From assembly GCA_964016885.1 (NCBI GenBank), contig OZ024754.1, forward strand, positions 38,750,001-38,814,000: 64,000 nt of DNA, given 5' to 3'. Each line of letters starts with the position of its first letter. Position 1 is the stretch's first letter. The position numbers and the translations under genes were made by a program. The stretch comes from Eledone cirrhosa (lineage: Eukaryota). Below, one piece after another: positions 62,536 to 64,000 of this stretch. Below the pieces are notes generated by a model. It searched no databases. It had not been told where the DNA came from and saw only the letters and a list, made by a program, of their open reading frames with translations.

Positions 62536-62612
62536 TACCCACTCTACTACCCAAAGTATTGAGTACTCTGGTGCGTTATGGTCCACCTGGTTCCTTACCA
62601 CACTTCCTTCGT

Positions 62613-62643
<31 letters not shown>

Positions 62644-62789
62644 TTATTGTGTTTGAGAGAGAGGGTGAGGTGGACCTGTAATGCCTTGGGAGTGCTGGCT
62701 AGAATATGTTTTGTGTTAGAGAGAGAGACTTGTAATGTCTTGGAGTGTTGGCTAGAGTTTATATGTTTTATTATATAATATAATATAAT

Positions 62790-63052
62790 ATATAATGAAA
62801 TTATTGTGTAAAGTGCTCAGGTGCACTACAACTCATCAATATAGTACATAGAATAATACACAAATGTCGGGGAAGTACATGTGTGTATGTGTTAGCTGTA
62901 GTGTTGGCGGATCTCGGGAAGCATGGAGGCCTTAAAGGATACAGTGTCTCGACAGCTAACAACTGATGCAGGTAGTTTGTTCCATGCTTCAGCAACTCTG
63001 AGCGTTAAAAAATGTTTCCGAAAGTCATGGGAACTGTGCTGTTTTCTCACTT
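62790..63052 (-). mobile_element. CR1-like LINE 3' fragment
   Basis: Reverse complement of about 1625-1885. Confidence 0.82.
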
Positions 63053-63147
63053 ATTATGTGAGAGAGAAAGTGAGTTGGACCTACAATGTTTTGGTTATTG
63101 TTTATGTAGAATGTATGCGTGACATGTTTGTTTGTTTGTGTAGAATA

Positions 63148-64000
63148 TGTGGTGTAGTATTGAGTGGTGGTTGTGTGTGTTGTTGTGTAGTATTGAGTGG
63201 TGGTTGTGTAGTATTGATTGGTGGTTGTGTGTGTTGTTGTGTAGTATTGAGTGGTGGTTGTGTAGTATTGAGTGGTGGTTGTGTGTGTTGTGGTGTAGTA
63301 TTGAGTGGTGGTTGTGTGTGTTGTGGTGTAGTATTGAGTGGTGGTTGTGTGTGTTGTGGTGTAGTATTGAGTGGTGGTTGTGTGTGTTGTGTAGTATTGA
63401 GTGGTGGTTGTGTAGTATTGAGTGGTGGTTGTCTGTGTTGTGGTGTAGTATTGAGTGGTAGTTGTGTGTGTTGTGGTGTAGTATTGAGTGGTGGTTGTGT
63501 GTGTTGTTGTGTAGTATTGAGTGGTGGTTGTGTGTGTTGTGGTGTAGTATTGAGTGGTGGTTGTGTGTGTTGTGGTGTAGTATTGAGTGGTGGTTGTGTG
63601 TGTTGTGGTGTAGTATTGAGTGGTGGTTGTGTGTGTTGTGGTGTAGTATTGAGTGGTGGTTGTGTGTGTTGTGGTGTAGTATTGAGTGGTGGTTGTGTGT
63701 GTTGTGGTGTAGTATTGAGTGGTGGTTGTGTGTGTTGTGGTGTAGTATTGAGTGGTGGTTGTGTGTGTTGTGGTGTAGTATTGAGTGGTGGTTGTGTGTG
63801 TTGTGGTGTAGTATTGAGTGGTGGTTGTGTGTGTTGTGGTGTAGTATTGAGTGGTGGTTGTGTGTGTTGTGGTGTCGTATTGAGTGGTGGTTGTGTGTGT
63901 TGTGGTGTAGTATTGAGTGGTGGTTGTGTGTGTTGTGGTGTCGTATTGAGTGGTGGTTGTGTGTGTTGTGGTGTAGTATTGAGTGGTGGTTGTGTGTGTT
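63148..64000. repeat. 33-bp GT-rich minisatellite running off the window end
   Basis: Unit gtggtgtagtattgagtggtggttgtgtgtgtt; period checked at 63541/63574. Confidence 0.97.

Noticed and set aside
63148-64000. Telomeric or subtelomeric repeat
   Set aside because: No TTAGGG units; it lies where a MACROD intron is expected.

Overview
Repeat-rich, AT-rich animal genomic DNA; the repeat families and the dense (TA)n microsatellites suggest a coleoid cephalopod such as Octopus (inference). Three spliced genes were rebuilt by hand from GT/AG sites and exon phases. (1) The last five coding exons of SPATA17 (+, 9-6596). (2) A divergent UBXN1/SAKS1-like gene (-, 13833 to at least 28516) with an acidic tract, C2H2 finger, coiled coil and UBX domain, but no visible UBA exon. 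(3) The 5' part of a MACROD1/2-like macrodomain gene (+, 48637 to beyond 61767). The rest is transposon-derived: two long RTE-clade LINEs with a PHD-type zinc finger just after the RT catalytic motif, many RTE, CR1-like and Expander-like fragments, two tRNA-derived SINE families, piggyBac-, hAT- and Tc2-like MITEs, and many minisatellites. The most notable unannotated signal is a set of (TA)n-flanked foldback elements carrying minimal type-I hammerhead ribozyme motifs. Three copies have intact cores, two of them on opposite strands of one palindrome, and several others are degenerate relics. This resembles Penelope-like element termini. Most ORFs in the supplied track are microsatellite or antisense artefacts. 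Family assignments come from recalled motifs, not database searches.
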